A stretch of DNA of 32,000 bases from Methanothermus fervidus DSM 2088 (lineage in GTDB: Archaea; Methanobacteriota; Methanobacteria; DSM-2088; Methanothermaceae). The notes beneath the pieces are model-generated. The model ran no database searches, was not told the origin of the DNA, and was given only the letters and a program-made list of their open reading frames with translations. The DNA lies in contig CP002278.1 of assembly GCA_000166095.1 (NCBI GenBank), positions 1,080,001 through 1,112,000 of the forward strand, read 5' to 3'. Of the stretch, positions 17,011 through 28,559 are shown piece by piece. How positions within the stretch are numbered: position 1 is the stretch's first letter; each line of letters opens with the position of its first letter. Made by a program: the position numbers and the translations under genes.

Positions 17011-17997
17011 ATGTTAGAAGAGTATCATAGAATTAGTAAGAATGAAAAATTAGCTAGATTCAAGGTTATTAAGAAAATTAGTGTTGATATTGAAGGAAAT
17101 GAAACATTGTCTAAGTTATGGGAGATACATGAAAATGCATTGAAAAAATTAAAAACTGGCAGAACAGATGAGGAAGTAAAATTTTCATTGTTAGATCTGA
17201 AAATATTAATTGCGGAAAAATTGTTTAGGTCTTGCTGTTTTTGTGAAAGAAGGTGTAAGGTTGATCGTACAAAAGAAACAGGTTTTTGTGGAGTAAAAGA
17301 ACCTAGAGTAGCATCGGAATTTATGCATATTGGAGAGGAACAGCCATTAATTCCAAGCCACACAATATTTTTCTCAGGTTGTACATTTAGATGTGTTTTC
17401 TGTCAAAATTGGGATATATCTCAATTTCCAGAAGCAGGCGTGGTTATATCTCCAAAAAAATTAGCAAAAATAATAGATAGAAAAAGACAGCTTGGTTCTA
17501 AAAATGTAAATTTTGTTGGTGGGGATCCAACTCCAAATCTTAATTACATACTAAAAGTCATGAAATATTGTAGAGAAAATATTCCTGTGATCTGGAATAG
17601 TAATATGTATTTAACTGTTGAATCTATGAAGCTTCTTGATGGATTTGTGGATTTGTATCTCACAGATTTTAAGTTTGGCAATGATGATTGTGCAAAAAAG
17701 TTAGCAAATGTTGATAATTATTGGGAAGTGATAACACGTAATCATTTATTGGCTGAGAAGTCTGGAGATGTAATCATAAGACATTTAGTACTTCCAGGAC
17801 ATGTTGAATGTTGTACAGAACCAATAATCGAATGGATAGCTGAGAATATGGAGAAGGCTGTAGTAAATATTATGGGACAATATAGGCCTGTTTACAAGGC
17901 AAATAAATATCCAGAGATAGCTAGATATCCTACTTCAGAGGAAATATATAAAGCTAGAAAACTGGCTGAAAAGGAAGGGCTTGAATTGCTCCCTTGA
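17011..17997 (+). CDS. Radical SAM protein (PflA-like/uncharacterised activating enzyme family)
   Basis: 328 aa: 'FFSGCTFRCVFCQNWDIS' CxxxCxxC cluster motif, N-term 'CCFCERRCKVDRTKETGFCGV', 'NFVGGDPTPNL'. Confidence 0.85.
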   Translation: MLEEYHRISKNEKLARFKVIKKISVDIEGNETLSKLWEIHENALKKLKTGRTDEEVKFSLLDLKILIAEKLFRSCCFCERRCKVDRTKETGFCGVKEPRVASEFMHIGEEQPLIPSHTIFFSGCTFRCVFCQNWDISQFPEAGVVISPKKLAKIIDRKRQLGSKNVNFVGGDPTPNLNYILKVMKYCRENIPVIWNSNMYLTVESMKLLDGFVDLYLTDFKFGNDDCAKKLANVDNYWEVITRNHLLAEKSGDVIIRHLVLPGHVECCTEPIIEWIAENMEKAVVNIMGQYRPVYKANKYPEIARYPTSEEIYKARKLAEKEGLELLP

Positions 17998-18005
17998 ATT
18001 TTTCC

Positions 18006-18080
18006 ACTTATAACTTATAAGTTATAACTTATAACTACTTTCCTAATTTTAGCTGTTACACTTGAAATTTACCTCTCTTT
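18006..18080. repeat. Dispersed leader/5'-region element, copy D
   Basis: cacttataacttataagttataacttataactac..tagctgttacacttgaaatttacctctct shared with 12041-12128. Confidence 0.75.
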
Positions 18081-18102
18081 GTTAAATATTGGAGGCATTG
18101 TC

Positions 18103-18498
18103 ATGGCTGAGAAAAAAGAAATTGAAAAATATTTTAAAAATTTAAGTAATAGGGAAAGAGCTATTTTTGAAGGTGCAATAAGCATGGGGGCACTTTTTCA
18201 TCAATTTATCGGCGTGCCTATAAGTAAAAAGAATTTAGAATTAATTAAAGATGCAATAGAAAGCTCAATAAAATTACAGCCTGCAATAAAAGATGTTAAG
18301 GTAAAGATTAATGAAAAAAAAGTGGAAGAAATGGAAAGTAAATTCAATTATACAACACTTACAGAAGAAATGTTGGATGTTAAAATTATTTCTAGGGTAA
18401 AGGATATTGAAGCTGTAATTAGGATGAAATACATAGACAAGCTAAAATATCCATTAATTTATGTTGAAAAAGTGAGAGGTGTGAATAATAAAATTTAA
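18103..18498 (+). CDS. Archaeal dihydroneopterin aldolase-like protein (MptD/DUF372-like)
   Basis: 'NLSNRERAIFEGAISMGALFHQFIGVPISKK..SSIKLQPAIKDVKVKI' resembles the methanogen MptD family from memory. ATG at 18103 follows ggaggcattgtc. Confidence 0.65.
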   Translation: MAEKKEIEKYFKNLSNRERAIFEGAISMGALFHQFIGVPISKKNLELIKDAIESSIKLQPAIKDVKVKINEKKVEEMESKFNYTTLTEEMLDVKIISRVKDIEAVIRMKYIDKLKYPLIYVEKVRGVNNKI

Positions 18499-18538
18499 AT
18501 AGAGGTAATAACAAAATATTGTCATATAATTATTAAAG

Positions 18539-19252
18539 GTGCTATCAATGCTCTTTGAAATAATATCAGATTCAATAAGATATCCATTTTCGAGATTTAC
18601 AAGGACAATATTTCTTGGGATATTGTATATTTTATCAATACTTATAATTCCACTTTTTGTTGGACTAGGGTATTGCATTAGGGTCATTAAAGTTTCGATA
18701 GAAGGTGAAGAAACACTCCCACCTTTTGATAATTGGGGAGAATTACTATTAAAGGGATTAAAATTGTTCATAATGGATTTATGTTATTTTATAATACCAA
18801 TAATTTTAATAGTTTATGGATGTGTTTCAACAGTTATGACATTAATAAATCAAAATCCTTATTTAGCAACAATGCCTGGAGCACAGTTGTACATCCGTTC
18901 TTTAATACTTAAAAATCCTACTGTTATATTAGGAATGATGTTAATACCTATTATTGGCATTTTTGAAAAAATGGGGCGCGCTAATCTAGCGTACTATGGC
19001 AGTCTTGGAGCTGCTTTTAATTTTAGTGAGATATTTAATATTATATCTGAAATTGGATGGGGTAGTTATTTAGCCTGGTATGTTGTTGTTCTTATTGTAC
19101 AGATTTTCTTGTATTTATTTTCATTATTTTTATTACAAATACCAGTTATTGGGTCTATAATTTCTTCTATTATTGTCATGCCTATACTACTATTATTTGA
19201 TGCTCGTGCTATAGCCTTAAGATATGTTTACAGACATGTTGATGAAGAGTAA
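18539..19252 (+). CDS. DUF4013-like integral membrane protein
   Basis: 237 aa, multiple TM helices; 'PPFDNWGELLLKGLKLFIMDLCYFIIPIILI' and 'YRHVDEE' typical of DUF4013. Confidence 0.7.
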   Translation: MLSMLFEIISDSIRYPFSRFTRTIFLGILYILSILIIPLFVGLGYCIRVIKVSIEGEETLPPFDNWGELLLKGLKLFIMDLCYFIIPIILIVYGCVSTVMTLINQNPYLATMPGAQLYIRSLILKNPTVILGMMLIPIIGIFEKMGRANLAYYGSLGAAFNFSEIFNIISEIGWGSYLAWYVVVLIVQIFLYLFSLFLLQIPVIGSIISSIIVMPILLLFDARAIALRYVYRHVDEE

Positions 19253-19308
19253 TGTATATATAATAGTAGTGAATAATTGAGAATAATAATAAGACAAGAA
19301 GAGGTATT

Positions 19309-22300
19309 ATGGTTCCAAAGATTTTAAGAACCATAATACCTTTAATACTTTTTCTAATTTTGATTTCCCCTAGTTTTGCGAATTTAAATGTTTCTATAAA
19401 CTTAACAGCTAACAAAAATTCGACTTATTTTAAAGATAACATCAAATACACTATTTATATTAAAAACAATGGTTCTGAAGTTATAAAAAATTTAACAGCT
19501 GATTTATCTGGTCTTGGAATAGATAGTAAAAGTTTTAATGCAAGTATAACAAAAGGAAACATAGGTATTCTTGATCAATACACTCCTGAATGGAAGATTG
19601 GTGATTTAAATCCAGGTGAAACTGTAGCTGCAAATATAGAAGGGATTGTTGATTTTATTGGAGAATATAATGCTACAGTAGCAGTTACAAATGATTATAA
19701 TAATTATATAGAAAGTGAGCCTCTCTTAATAGTTTCAAAACCTGTTAATGTAGATTTATCAATTTCACTTATTCCAAATTCAACTTGTGTGCATTGGGGA
19801 GATTATATTAAAATATTAGTTAAAGTCAGAAATAATGGTCCTGATGATGCCGATAAAGTTTTAGCAATGTTAGTTACATATCCAGATTATGTGGGTTTAG
19901 GCATAAATGCAACCGCTGGAAACGCTGGAAAATTTTATGATGATTTTACGCTGCGATGGTATGTATATGTGTGGGATGTTGGTCGCGTAAAATCAAATGA
20001 AGAAAAAGTAGCAGAAGTTACTATTAAAGCTGTTAATTTCAATGAAGATCAAATTATAAGTAATTTCACTGTTATTGGCTATGTTTACATAGATGATGGT
20101 GGTATTATATACCTTTCCCCTGGGAAGAGTTATTGAATGATGAAGATGTAACTTCTATACTTCAGGAGGATTATGAGTCAGGATATTATAATGACTGTAT
20201 GGATAGGAACTTGATTAACAATTATGATAAGTTTAAAGTTACAATTTTAGAACCTGAGAAAGTAATTCCATTAACAGAGGAAGAAAAGAATATTAAGAGA
20301 AGTTATGAATGGTCTCAAGGTTTTAGTTGTCCATCTTTCATTCTTGGTGGTTTGGCAACAGCTTATAGACCAGATTTACTTTGGTATCCTGTACCCACAT
20401 ATGGATCTAATAATACGACAGTATTGGTAGCAACAGAATTACCTACAGATATAGAAACAAGCACAGGATCACCTAATGAATTAATAGATAAATTATTAGA
20501 GAATGCTCCGGAGATTCCATATATTCCATTAAATACAGAAATAATAATTGTGAGTAATTTTTCAGTAGTTCCAACATCTGGAAATGCTCCTCTAAAAAAT
20601 AAATGTGTCATGTTGTGTAAGTAATCATGGAAATAAAGAGGGAATTTATAGGGCTGAACTAAAAATAAATAATAATGTTGTTGATGTAAAAGAAGTTAAA
20701 GTCGGAGCAGGTGAATGCAAAAATATAACCTTCATATATACTTTAGATAAGCCAGGAACATATAATGTAACCATTGGAAACTTTCCAGAAATTAAAGTTA
20801 AGGTTGAGATTCCTCAAAAGGGGCGATTGTCTGTACCAATACTTCCACAAATTCCAGAGAACACAATAATATTAAATCCTATTTCTATCCAGCCTTCTAT
20901 TCAGGATAAGGAATTAGGAACCTACAACGTTACAATAGGAAACTTAACACCAGTTACAGTAACTGTAACAACGCCAGCAAGCTTCACACTAAGCAACTTA
21001 ACAGTCACTCCAACATCTGGAGTTGCACCACTAACAATAACTGCAACAGCAAAAGTTACAAACACTGGAGGAACAGCTGGAAACTACACAGCAGTACTCT
21101 ACATTAATGGTTCAGCAGTTGCAAATCAAACAGTAACACTAGGTCCGGGAGAGACAACAACTGTAAGCCTATCTTACACCTTAACACAAGCTGGAACCTA
21201 CAACGTTACAATAGGAAACTTAACACCAGTTACAGTGAATGTAACAACACCAGTTGTACCAACGCCAACTCCTGTAGTCCAGAATAAGACATTCTCAATA
21301 ATATTAAGAAATACAGGAACATCAACAATAACATTCAAATACTACATATCAGTTTACACAAATCCAGTTAATGGAACTAAAGTATACTACAAGGAATTAA
21401 CAATAACTCTAAAGCCAAATGAAACAAAAACAATAGAGTTAGGTAAATATCCTGAAATATATGCTGTAAGTACAACGATACTTATTGATAATAAGAGAAT
21501 AAAAAAATTGATTTTGGAGCTTAAATATTGTATTGAAGGATTAAATCCACAAACAATAATTTTAAATAAGAATGCCAAGTCAGGATTCAAATATGTTTCT
21601 AGATTTACAGGTAGAAATGGATATGTTGATTCTTGGTTTAATGAAATTTACTTTAGAAATATAAACCGGCAGATGGGTTACTATAATTATACAGTAGAAG
21701 AAATACCTGCAGATAAAGCGTTGTTAGAGTTAATACCAATCATTGGAACAAATATTTGTAATAGTGTTGTGATTGCCCCAAAAACTGTTATGTTTGACAT
21801 TGTTAATCCATCTAATTATATTTTAAATTTAAGAATAAAAATTAAGCCAGAATCCGTTAATAGTAAAAATACACGTAGAATAAAAAGTAAAAATACAATA
21901 ACAGGATCACTAGATACTTCTAAAACACTTTTATTTGATGATCTTACCTTAAATCCAGGACAGAGAATTGTTGGTAAGTTCTATGTTAAAGAGCCTGGAA
22001 TTTATAAAATAATGTTAGAAAGACTTTGTTATAAGAACACAAAAACAAAAGAAAAGGTAAGTTATAATATACCAAATGCATACCAATGGGTCGGAACAAT
22101 AATAGGAATTAAAAATCCAACTGACCAATTCATTGTTCAATCAAACGCTGAAAAATATTTAAATATTTCATTATCATCTAATATTGAAGATATAATAAGA
22201 GAAAAATTATTAAATGATACATTTAAAGTCCCACTAGATTCTGATTATAAATATGTGGGAGTTACTGTAATCGCCCCTGTATTTTATGCTAATTTATCTT

Positions 22301-24399
22301 CTCCTATATTATTCAGTGTGGGAGTAGTATCTTTTGTGATTAATGGTAAATTAGTCCCTATAGCTGTGTTATTTAACAATGACACAGCTTCACAACTTAC
22401 TGTTTTCATTAACACTACTAAGGATATCAAAATTATAAATAATATATTGTGTAAAACATATCATGCACTAATTGATCTGCTTCCAGATTATTTAAATAAT
22501 TATTACAAAATATATGACACTATTCATACTATCAGTACAAATGATGATGAGGAAAGGTTATTGGAATCTATAATTTCTTCCATGCTAGGCAAGTTTCTAT
22601 TTATTACAATGGAAGTTGATGAACCTGTGAAGATTTATCATTTTACTGAATATGGACTTACTAATCCATTCAGCCAGGATGAGGAGAATCATATAACTAT
22701 TATACCAGCAATATTTTGTAATGGTTGTTACCAAAATCTTAATATTTCTTTCATAGGTCCAGCAGTTACAAATCATATTTATTCAAATGAACAACAAAAT
22801 ATTACAATCATAACAGTTGAAAACTATGGATCTAAATTTATATTATCTTATAGTAAAGACCAAAAGTGTTATATTTATAAAACTAAAGATGGTAAGATAT
22901 GTAAATTAAAAACAAATAAGTATTTAGGTGATAAAATAGAATTAAGATTGGAAGAAGTACTTGAAGATTCAGGATATTGTGCTGCCATGACTTATACTAT
23001 TGTTAAAGAAAAAGTTAAAGATGACATATTGAAAAAACATATAGAATACTATGAAAAAAATTATAAGTATAAGGGTTTATACGGTCCCCTCATGGCATGT
23101 TACGGACAATTTCTAGAGGGTTTGTGCTTTTTCTATTGTCATGATTATAGAGCAGAAGAAATTGCTAAAGATGTTAATGTCACTTGGACAAGAGTAAAAC
23201 CAGCTGTAGTACTTTCGTGTGATATTCCTGGACACATCTCATCCTTTACTTTGGCATCAGATCATAATCTTGGCATTGAGGCCAAAGGAGATTTTGATAA
23301 TATTAGAAGATTTAATGCTGCAAGAACTGGAATTATTAATTACCTTGAAGTGTTAATACATAGTTCCTTATTTGACATAAACATAACAGAACAAGAAGCA
23401 CCTATCATTAATGTTCCAAGAGCAATTTTTGATGAAAGTTCCACTACTTACATTTATACTGATAATAATACGTTTGCAATTATAACAGACTCCTATAACT
23501 ATACAGACTTCTATTATAATGCAATTATAACAGACTTCTATACAGACTTCTACTTCGATTATAAATATCAAAGTTTTGTAGTGTTTGATAATCAAACAGG
23601 TATTATCAGAGACTTGTTAAAAAAACTAATAATAAGACATTGTGGATCATATTGTTTCTATTTCCAACAAGCAATGTTAGCATATGATCTTGCAAAAGAG
23701 CTTACAAATACAAGTTCAAAGATAAGAAAAATAATAGATGACGTAGGTCATAGAACAAAATTAATAACAATTTGTGAACCAAAGTTTTGGGCAGAAATCG
23801 CCTGTGGTATTTTAATTCAAATAGGCGCTGGCGTAAGTTTTGCAAATCCTCTTGTAGGTGTAGGGTTAATAGTTGCAGGAGTACTTGCCGATGCTGCATT
23901 AAAGGAACCTTGGAAAGATCCAGAAAGTGCCACTTATTGGCTCTTAGATTTAATATTATCAGTAATTCCGACAGGAAAGCTTGGTCAAATCGCAAAGACT
24001 TTGAAGTTATCGGGGGTTGTAGAAAGAATAACGTACTATACTTCTTATGGTCTTACTGTCGATGTTCTTAAGTATAAACTAGAGAATGAGGGAATCAAAG
24101 TCTATTTGGGAATAATTGATAGAAATTTAGAAGAAAAAGAAGTACCACAATTTATAAAAGATTTAAACTCAATGTTCAAATCAGAAGGAGTTGAAGTTAT
24201 ATCAGTTCTACATCTAAAATTTGAAAAAAAAGTAGGATTTATTGCCACAAGTTGGAAACCTTGGGCTGAAAATATAGGAATATCTGTTGTGGAGGCATAT
24301 CTTGAACCATATCTTGAACCATATGTTGGACCACCAGTTTGTAAGGTGTGGAGAATATTTTACAAAACTCTTAAGTCTTTATTAGGAGGGAATTCTTAG
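19309..24399 (+). pseudogene. Very large secreted CARDB/Ig-like repeat protein, apparently split by two -1 frameshifts (near 20114-20120 and 20594-20599)
   Basis: ORFs 19309..20136, 20133..20624, 20605..24399. Restoring one base at each gives '..GGIIYLFPWEELLNDEDV..' and '..[35 protein letters not shown]..', both sensible. N-terminal signal peptide 'ILRTIIPLILFLILISPSFA'; repeated '[15 protein letters not shown]' modules. Confidence 0.7.
20917..21236 (+). repeat. 44-nt exact direct repeat bounding a CARDB-like module
   Basis: ggaacctacaacgttacaataggaaacttaacaccagttacagt at 20917-20960 and 21193-21236. Confidence 0.85.
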
Positions 24400-24464
24400 G
24401 GGATGGATATAAGGTGAAAGAGTTGGAGGACACCTCCTCATGAAAACCATAAAAATAAGTCCAA
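24388..24464 (+). repeat. Direct repeat R2
   Basis: Near-identical to R1. Encodes the tail of the membrane-protein family out of frame/after the CARDB stop, then ATG of 24440. Confidence 0.85.
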
Positions 24465-25312
24465 TAAGATGGAAAGTTATGAGATTTTATTCTAATAAAG
24501 TTAGTAAAATAGTTTCAAAAATTTTGTTTGTATTGTTATTATTTATTATAGGTTCTTTACGTCCTAGCCATAGATATTTTATGCCCATGAAAGAAATAAT
24601 TACAACATTAATTTTATTTATATTTGTAGGAATTATCCTAGTAATTTTTTTACTACCTAGCATTATTCTAGAGATAGATCCTAAAGAAAGGGCAAAGGAT
24701 ATACTTTTTACAATTTTGATCATACAATTGATGCTGGTTATTTTAGGATTAATATTTCAAATTACTGCGTTTATATTTATACTAATGGTGTCTCCAATCT
24801 TAGTTCTCATCTATATATATCAAAAATGCAAAGAGAAAGTATATGTTGTTTATGAAGATTCAGAGGGAAAAGAGATAGATAGGTATATATTTAATCTATA
24901 TACCTGTTATGATCGTGTAGACATTCCACTCTTTTCAAGTTATAGTATTTCAGATTTTATGGGGCGTGTTGTTGTGATACAATTTTTAATTTATTTTATG
25001 TTAGTGACTTTCCTCTGTTTTGCTATACTTCGTGTATTGGAGGCTAAATATGGTTTGGGAGCATGTGCAGCTCTATTGATTTTAATTGCAGTAGTTGTTT
25101 TTGCTCTTCCATTTTATTTTTATGTCTCAGGTATAGAAAAAAATAGTGAGAGGGCCACAATAAAGAAATACTTAGTTATAAACATGGATAAAAGGACAAT
25201 AAAAATTTATAATGATAAAGAAGAATTTTTAAGGGATAGATATGGAATGAAACGCCCTAAAAAAAGATATGAATTTATTTTTCCATTGGACTTTTTGAGC
25301 TACCTCCTATAG
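24440..25312 (+). CDS. Multi-pass membrane protein, paralog of 15984..16928, C-terminus ends in element copy 4
   Basis: 290 aa; 'MKTIKISPIRWKVM' and 'KYLVINMDKRTIKIYNDKEEFL'. Last residues 'LSYLL*' are encoded by the element end. Confidence 0.75.
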   Translation: MKTIKISPIRWKVMRFYSNKVSKIVSKILFVLLLFIIGSLRPSHRYFMPMKEIITTLILFIFVGIILVIFLLPSIILEIDPKERAKDILFTILIIQLMLVILGLIFQITAFIFILMVSPILVLIYIYQKCKEKVYVVYEDSEGKEIDRYIFNLYTCYDRVDIPLFSSYSISDFMGRVVVIQFLIYFMLVTFLCFAILRVLEAKYGLGACAALLILIAVVVFALPFYFYVSGIEKNSERATIKKYLVINMDKRTIKIYNDKEEFLRDRYGMKRPKKRYEFIFPLDFLSYLL

Positions 25313-25718
25313 AGCTTCTAACTTCATCAAAAAAGTATAATCCTAAGTAGAGTATTCTCCTAAATAGGCAATCAGAGCTACTCCACTCTTCAACAATACT
25401 CTACATATAGACTTATTCTTTGGAAAATAATTATAAAAAAATAATTATAAACATGCCTACAAATCTCTAAACTTTCCAATAGCTTATTTTTTGTTTTTAC
25501 TTGGATAAAGTCTGGATTTATATGCATAGATACATGGCATGAAAAAAGTAATGGATTAATATTATAGTTTTATTAATTTATAGAGTATTTTTTTGAGAGA
25601 GAGAAAGAAGGAGTAGAAAAGAGAGTTGTGTATATTTTTTAGAACAAGTGCTAGTTTTGTACTTCATCTATATATAAATACTTTTCCTATTTTTTCATGC
25701 CTGATAGAGTGGAAATCT
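25297..25718. mobile_element. Non-autonomous TnpB-element derivative (copy 4)
   Basis: Left end 'gagctacctcctatagagcttc', junction 'ttattctttggaaaataattata', right block 'aaacatgcctacaaatctctaaac..catctatatataaatactttt..gatagagtggaaatct'. Confidence 0.8.
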
Positions 25719-25751
25719 CTTTCCCTTTATAAAGTAGAAATTCCGAATAAT

Positions 25752-26657
25752 TTATCTGTGTGCCAATCCAACCATTTCATCCACAGACTTAAAATTATTT
25801 TCTTTCATGAATTTTTTAAGCCCATAAACAATGTCTTGAAAAATATTCACCCCTTTATAGAGAATTCCTGTTCCTATTTGTACAGCTCTAGCCCCAGCAT
25901 ATAAAAATTCAATAACATCTTTGTATGTTGTAATTCCACCTACACCAATTATAGGTATCTCCATATTTTCATAAATTTCATATACACAACGTATAGCTAT
26001 TGGTTTTATGGCAGGACCTGACAATCCTCCAAAACGATTGGATAAAACAGGTTTGGCAGTTTTAATATCAATTTTCATCCCAGGTCCTACAGAGTTTATC
26101 AATGTTAAGGCGTCACACCCGCCTTTTTTAGCATTAATAGCTATCTCAACAATATCAGCAACATTAGCAGTTAATTTTACACTTACAGGTAAATTAACAG
26201 CCTTTTTAACAGCTTTAACAACTTCATATGTAAGTTTAGGGTCCTGACCTATAAATGATCCATATCCTTCTCCTGCATGTGGACATGAAACATTTATTTC
26301 TATCATATCAACCAAATCAGATACTTCCTTTGAAACTTCAGCAAATTCTTTTGGAGATGACCCTGCAATAGATGCAATTATAGGTATTTCTTTTTTCACC
26401 TTCTTTAATTCTTCTTTAAAAATTTTGACACCTGGATTGGACAATCCAATTGCATTTAATATTCCACAATCTACCTCAACTATAACTGGGTTTTTGTAAC
26501 CTTTTTTTGGATTTTTTGTAAAAGATTTTGTTACAACCGCACCAGCTCCATGGTCATAAATTCTATTTAATGACGAGGCTGTCATTCCTAAAATTCCTGC
26601 TGCAAGCATTGTAGGATTTCTTAACTTCAATCCACAAATTTCTGTTTCTACATTCAT
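25752..26657 (-). CDS. pyrD: Dihydroorotate dehydrogenase (catalytic subunit)
   Basis: 301 aa: 'GLKLRNPTMLAAGILG', 'ISVKLT', 'LTLINSVGPGMKIDI', 'GLSGPAIKPIAIRCV', 'GVGGITTYKDVIEFLYAGARAVQIGTG'. Confidence 0.93.
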   Translation of the reverse strand: MNVETEICGLKLRNPTMLAAGILGMTASSLNRIYDHGAGAVVTKSFTKNPKKGYKNPVIVEVDCGILNAIGLSNPGVKIFKEELKKVKKEIPIIASIAGSSPKEFAEVSKEVSDLVDMIEINVSCPHAGEGYGSFIGQDPKLTYEVVKAVKKAVNLPVSVKLTANVADIVEIAINAKKGGCDALTLINSVGPGMKIDIKTAKPVLSNRFGGLSGPAIKPIAIRCVYEIYENMEIPIIGVGGITTYKDVIEFLYAGARAVQIGTGILYKGVNIFQDIVYGLKKFMKENNFKSVDEMVGLAHR

Positions 26658-26811
26658 GGGTTATTCCTCACAAACTTTTTACAAATAAATTTAACAAATT
26701 TTCTTTGAAAGAAAATTAAAATTAAGTTTTTAAGAATTATCCTTATACTAATATTAGAATATAAAAAATTTTGTACTCGGCACAAATAAATTTGATAGGG
26801 GGTTTCAACAA

Positions 26812-27900
26812 TTGAGTAAGATGAAATGTTATCTTGTCACATGTATTGCAGGTTTTATAGCTTTAGATGAGAATTTCAATATTATTGATTTTGAACCATT
26901 TAGAGGAAATAATATCAAAAAAATATTGGAATATCAGGAAGGAGAATTTTTAAAAGAAGAATCAAATATAATAGAGAGATTATCTAAAAAAGCATCTGAA
27001 ATTTTTGTTGAGAGGTATCATCCAAAATATGAAGATTTTGGAAATGTTGTAGTTGAATGTCCACATAAAGGTGGAGAATATGTAAGAGAAAATCTTCCAG
27101 AAATTTTAAAGGAAATAGGTAAAAAATATAAAAAAGACGTGCACGATGTTTTACTTAAATTAACACGGGAAAAAATTAAAAAGAGCGTAAAAAAAGATGT
27201 AACATTAGTACAGGCTGTCAATGCTTTGCAAGATGTTGAAGAAACATTGAATAAATTAATAGAAAGATTGAGAGAATGGTATAGCATACATTTTCCTGAA
27301 ATGGATAAAATAAGGAATCATGAAGAATATGTGAGGCTAATAACAAAATTTAAGAAAAGAGAAAAAATAATGAAAAAACTTAAAATAAAAGATACTATAG
27401 GCGCTGACTTTAAAGGTAAAGATGTAAATATCATAGTAGATTTTGCAGAAAAGGTAGAACAACTACAAAATATCAGAAAAAAATTGAGAAGATACATAGA
27501 TAAGAAGATGAAGGACATTGCACCAAATTTAAGAGATGTGGCTGGATCATTACTTGGTGCAAAATTAATTGCACATGTGGGAAGTTTAGAAAGATTAGCC
27601 TCATTACCTTCCTCAACAGTGCAAGTATTAGGCGCTGAAAAAGCTTTATTTAGACATTTAAGAAGAGGAGATAAACCTCCAAAACACGGACTTATATATC
27701 AACATCCATATATATGGAGAGCTAGATACCATATTAGGGGAAAAATTGCTAGAACTTTAGCTTCTGCAATTTCCCTGGCAGCTAGGAAGGATTTATTTAC
27801 AGGAAAACATGATCCAAACATTAAAGCAGAGCTTGATAGAAAAGTTAAAAAAATAATGAAAAAATATTCTAAATCCAAAAGAAGGAGACGAAAAAGATGA
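26812..27900 (+). CDS. Nop5/Nop56-family C/D box RNP protein
   Basis: 362 aa: '[65 protein letters not shown]'. Confidence 0.95.
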   Translation: MSKMKCYLVTCIAGFIALDENFNIIDFEPFRGNNIKKILEYQEGEFLKEESNIIERLSKKASEIFVERYHPKYEDFGNVVVECPHKGGEYVRENLPEILKEIGKKYKKDVHDVLLKLTREKIKKSVKKDVTLVQAVNALQDVEETLNKLIERLREWYSIHFPEMDKIRNHEEYVRLITKFKKREKIMKKLKIKDTIGADFKGKDVNIIVDFAEKVEQLQNIRKKLRRYIDKKMKDIAPNLRDVAGSLLGAKLIAHVGSLERLASLPSSTVQVLGAEKALFRHLRRGDKPPKHGLIYQHPYIWRARYHIRGKIARTLASAISLAARKDLFTGKHDPNIKAELDRKVKKIMKKYSKSKRRRRKR

Positions 27901-28553
27901 TAGAGCTGCCAAATTTTCGTTTCTATAAGAAAAAACTTTTAACTTTAAATTTAACTCCTGGATTTAGAGTGTATGGTGAAAAATTGTTAAAAATTGGTGG
28001 GAAGGAATATAGGGTGTGGGATCCTTATAGATCTAAATTGGCTGCTGCAATACTAAATGGACTCAAAAAATTAACACTTACTCAAGATTCAAGAGTTTTA
28101 TATTTAGGGGCATCTTCAGGAACTACTGCATCACATATCTCTGATATTTGCAGGGATGGAATGTTATATTGTGTTGAAATTTCAACAAGAATGGTCCGGG
28201 ATTTAATTAAGGTTTGTGAAAAAAGAGAAAATATGGCACCATTACTTGAGGATGCAAGGAAACCAGAAAGATATTTACCTTTTATAGAGAAAGTTGATTT
28301 AGTTTATTGTGATGTTGCACAACCTGACCAAACAAATATTTTCATTGAAAATATGCGGCTATTCTTAAAAAATTCTGGACAAGGATTTATAGCAATAAAA
28401 GCTAGGAGTATTGACACTGCTAGAGATCCAAAAGAGATTTTCAAAGAAGAAAAACAAAAATTAAAAGAAGCAGGGTATAGAATCCTAGAGAGTATTAGAC
28501 TAGAACCATATGAAAGAGACCACATTGCATTTTTAGTTGAACATAGGGAATAA
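27897..28553 (+). CDS. flpA: Fibrillarin-like rRNA/tRNA 2'-O-methyltransferase
   Basis: 218 aa: '[18 protein letters not shown]', '[18 protein letters not shown]', '[14 protein letters not shown]'; overlaps nop5 by 4 nt. Confidence 0.95.
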   Translation: MIELPNFRFYKKKLLTLNLTPGFRVYGEKLLKIGGKEYRVWDPYRSKLAAAILNGLKKLTLTQDSRVLYLGASSGTTASHISDICRDGMLYCVEISTRMVRDLIKVCEKRENMAPLLEDARKPERYLPFIEKVDLVYCDVAQPDQTNIFIENMRLFLKNSGQGFIAIKARSIDTARDPKEIFKEEKQKLKEAGYRILESIRLEPYERDHIAFLVEHRE

Positions 28554-28559
28554 TGGGTT

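Noticed and set aside
23702-24071. ORFs antisense or out of frame within the giant CARDB gene
   Set aside because: Low-complexity translations overlapping a convincing long ORF.
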